In this document: in pieces, positions 60,578 to 64,000 of the stretch | Numbering within the stretch: the stretch's first letter is position 1 | How the letters are laid out: each line of letters opens with the position of its first letter | NCBI GenBank assembly: GCA_000004695.1 | Contig: CM000152.2 | Location: 1,504,001-1,568,000, forward strand | Origin: Dictyostelium discoideum | Lineage: Eukaryota | Length of the DNA stretch: 64,000 bases | Direction of reading: 5' to 3' | The notes under the pieces: model-generated | Databases searched by the model: none | What the model was told of the DNA's origin: nothing | Seen by the model: the letters and a program-made list of their open reading frames with translations, nothing else | Made by a program: the position numbers and the translations under genes

Positions 60578-62821
<2,244 letters not shown>

Positions 62822-62939
62822 ATAAAATAAAAGAAAATAAAAACAAAATAAAAAAAACAAATAAAAAACTTATAATTAAAATAGAAATCTTTTTTTATTC
62901 ATTTTGAGTTAAGTTGATATCCAAACTTTATCATGTTTA

Positions 62940-63066
<127 letters not shown>

Positions 63067-63099
63067 TTATTGTTTTTATTATTATTATAATTATATTTA

Positions 63100-64000
63100 C
63101 TAAGAAAAAAAAAAAATTTGGGTTTATTCTATTTAAATTATAAAAATGTATATTACTTGTTTTGGTCCTTTAATAAATAAGAGTTTTTTAAATTAATATT
63201 TTTTTATATATTTAATAGATTTTGGATGTCATTTTTTTTATTTTTTATACATTTTTTATTTTCTTTTTGGGTTAAGGTGTATAATTATTAAGTGGGGTTA
63301 TAGTTTGTTGTTGTGGTTTTGGGCCTTTAAACATTCTATTACCACTATTTCCTTGAAAATTATTATTATTATTGTTATTTTTAAGGTATTATTCTTTTTT
63401 AATTTAAATTATCGGATAGAATTTTAATTTAATTAAAATATAAAATTGTTATCATAATTATTAATTTTTATTAAGATATTGCTGTTGGAATGGTACTACG
63501 AAGGAGTCAGATGATGATTAATTAAATGAATTGGTAGAAGGAGATATTTTTGTCCTGATTTTGAAAATTTATAACAAAATGATTTCGTTAATTATTTGCC
63601 GATTTTTTTTTTTATTTTTAGAGTAATAATTATTATTCTAGAATAGCTAGTTTGTAACGCTTGTTGGTTAGCTTCGAGTATGAGAGTTTTTCATCTATGT
63701 TCGGTTCGTCGCTATACAGTTGATTGCATATCCAAACCTAAATTTTATGCAATATTAACGCTTTTATTTTTCTATATGCTGAATGTTCTGGATAAGTCAT
63801 AGTTTACACATTTATATCCCCATTCGAAGTATTCTTTATGGAATCTAAGGTTTGCGTAATCTATGTTAATTTCATGATCCATCTTCATGTTTGGAGGCAT
63901 TATTGTTTTAATTGTGTTGGTGGTTTTATTGTTGGATCTAGTTATTTGGTGTTTTCAATTTTTTCTGCGGCATGTGGTAATGTATATAAAGTTTTTCAAA
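63100..64000. other. Compositionally distinct non-coding segment: higher GC, G/T-rich words, few homopolymers, and no ORF of 60 aa or more in any frame. It is a candidate transposon/LTR fragment or ncRNA locus and continues past the window end.
   Basis: Words such as 'ggttaaggtgtataattattaagtggggttatagtttgttgttgtggttttgggcc', 'gcttcgagtatgagag' and 'gttcggttcgtcgctatacag' contrast with the 85-90% AT intergenic DNA elsewhere in the window. Confidence 0.3.

Overview
This window looks like nuclear genomic DNA from a Dictyostelium-type social amoeba. It is about 75-80% AT, homopolymer A/T runs are everywhere, coding regions carry poly-Asn/poly-Gln (AAT/CAA) tracts, and introns are short (about 70-290 bp), AT-rich and of the GTAAGT/GTATGT...AG type. 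It is not a prokaryotic locus: I found no CRISPR array, operon or rRNA gene, and no tRNA gene that I could recognise.

Reading across the ORF track and joining exons by frame and phase gives about 27 protein-coding genes:
- an RBBP6/Mpe1-like RING protein, truncated at the 5' end of the window
- CNOT11
- a BAR-domain RhoGAP
- an SH3BGRL3-like glutaredoxin-fold protein
- GAR1
- a DSD1-type D-serine dehydratase
- a Lipase_2-family lipase
- a gene joining a UBZ-type zinc finger to a transglutaminase-like domain
- a GPI-anchored surface protein
- eIF2-gamma
- COQ3
- Nup88
- a Nup58/Nup49-like GLFG nucleoporin
- a TYSND1/Deg15-type double trypsin-like protease
- an ankyrin-repeat protein
- a cN-II 5'-nucleotidase
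- several low-complexity hypothetical proteins

The most unusual points:
- A cytochrome P450 gene at about 29.2-30.9 kb is disrupted by at least three reading-frame breaks and is probably a pseudogene.
- Three perfect GC-containing inverted repeats (hairpin or foldback candidates) sit within 1.2 kb, between eIF2-gamma and the P450, around an orphan Cys-rich ORF.
- The last ~900 bp of the window (63.1-64.0 kb) differs in composition and has no ORF; it may be a transposon or LTR fragment, or an ncRNA.
- Two nucleoporin genes lie 7 kb apart.
- A 15-nt poly-C tract sits in an intron.
- AAT/ATT microsatellites of 100 bp or more sit inside introns.

I see no defence-island-like system; for a eukaryotic window of this kind that is the honest answer. 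Exon boundaries are inferred by eye from frame and phase continuity and splice consensus, so they may be off by a few bases.
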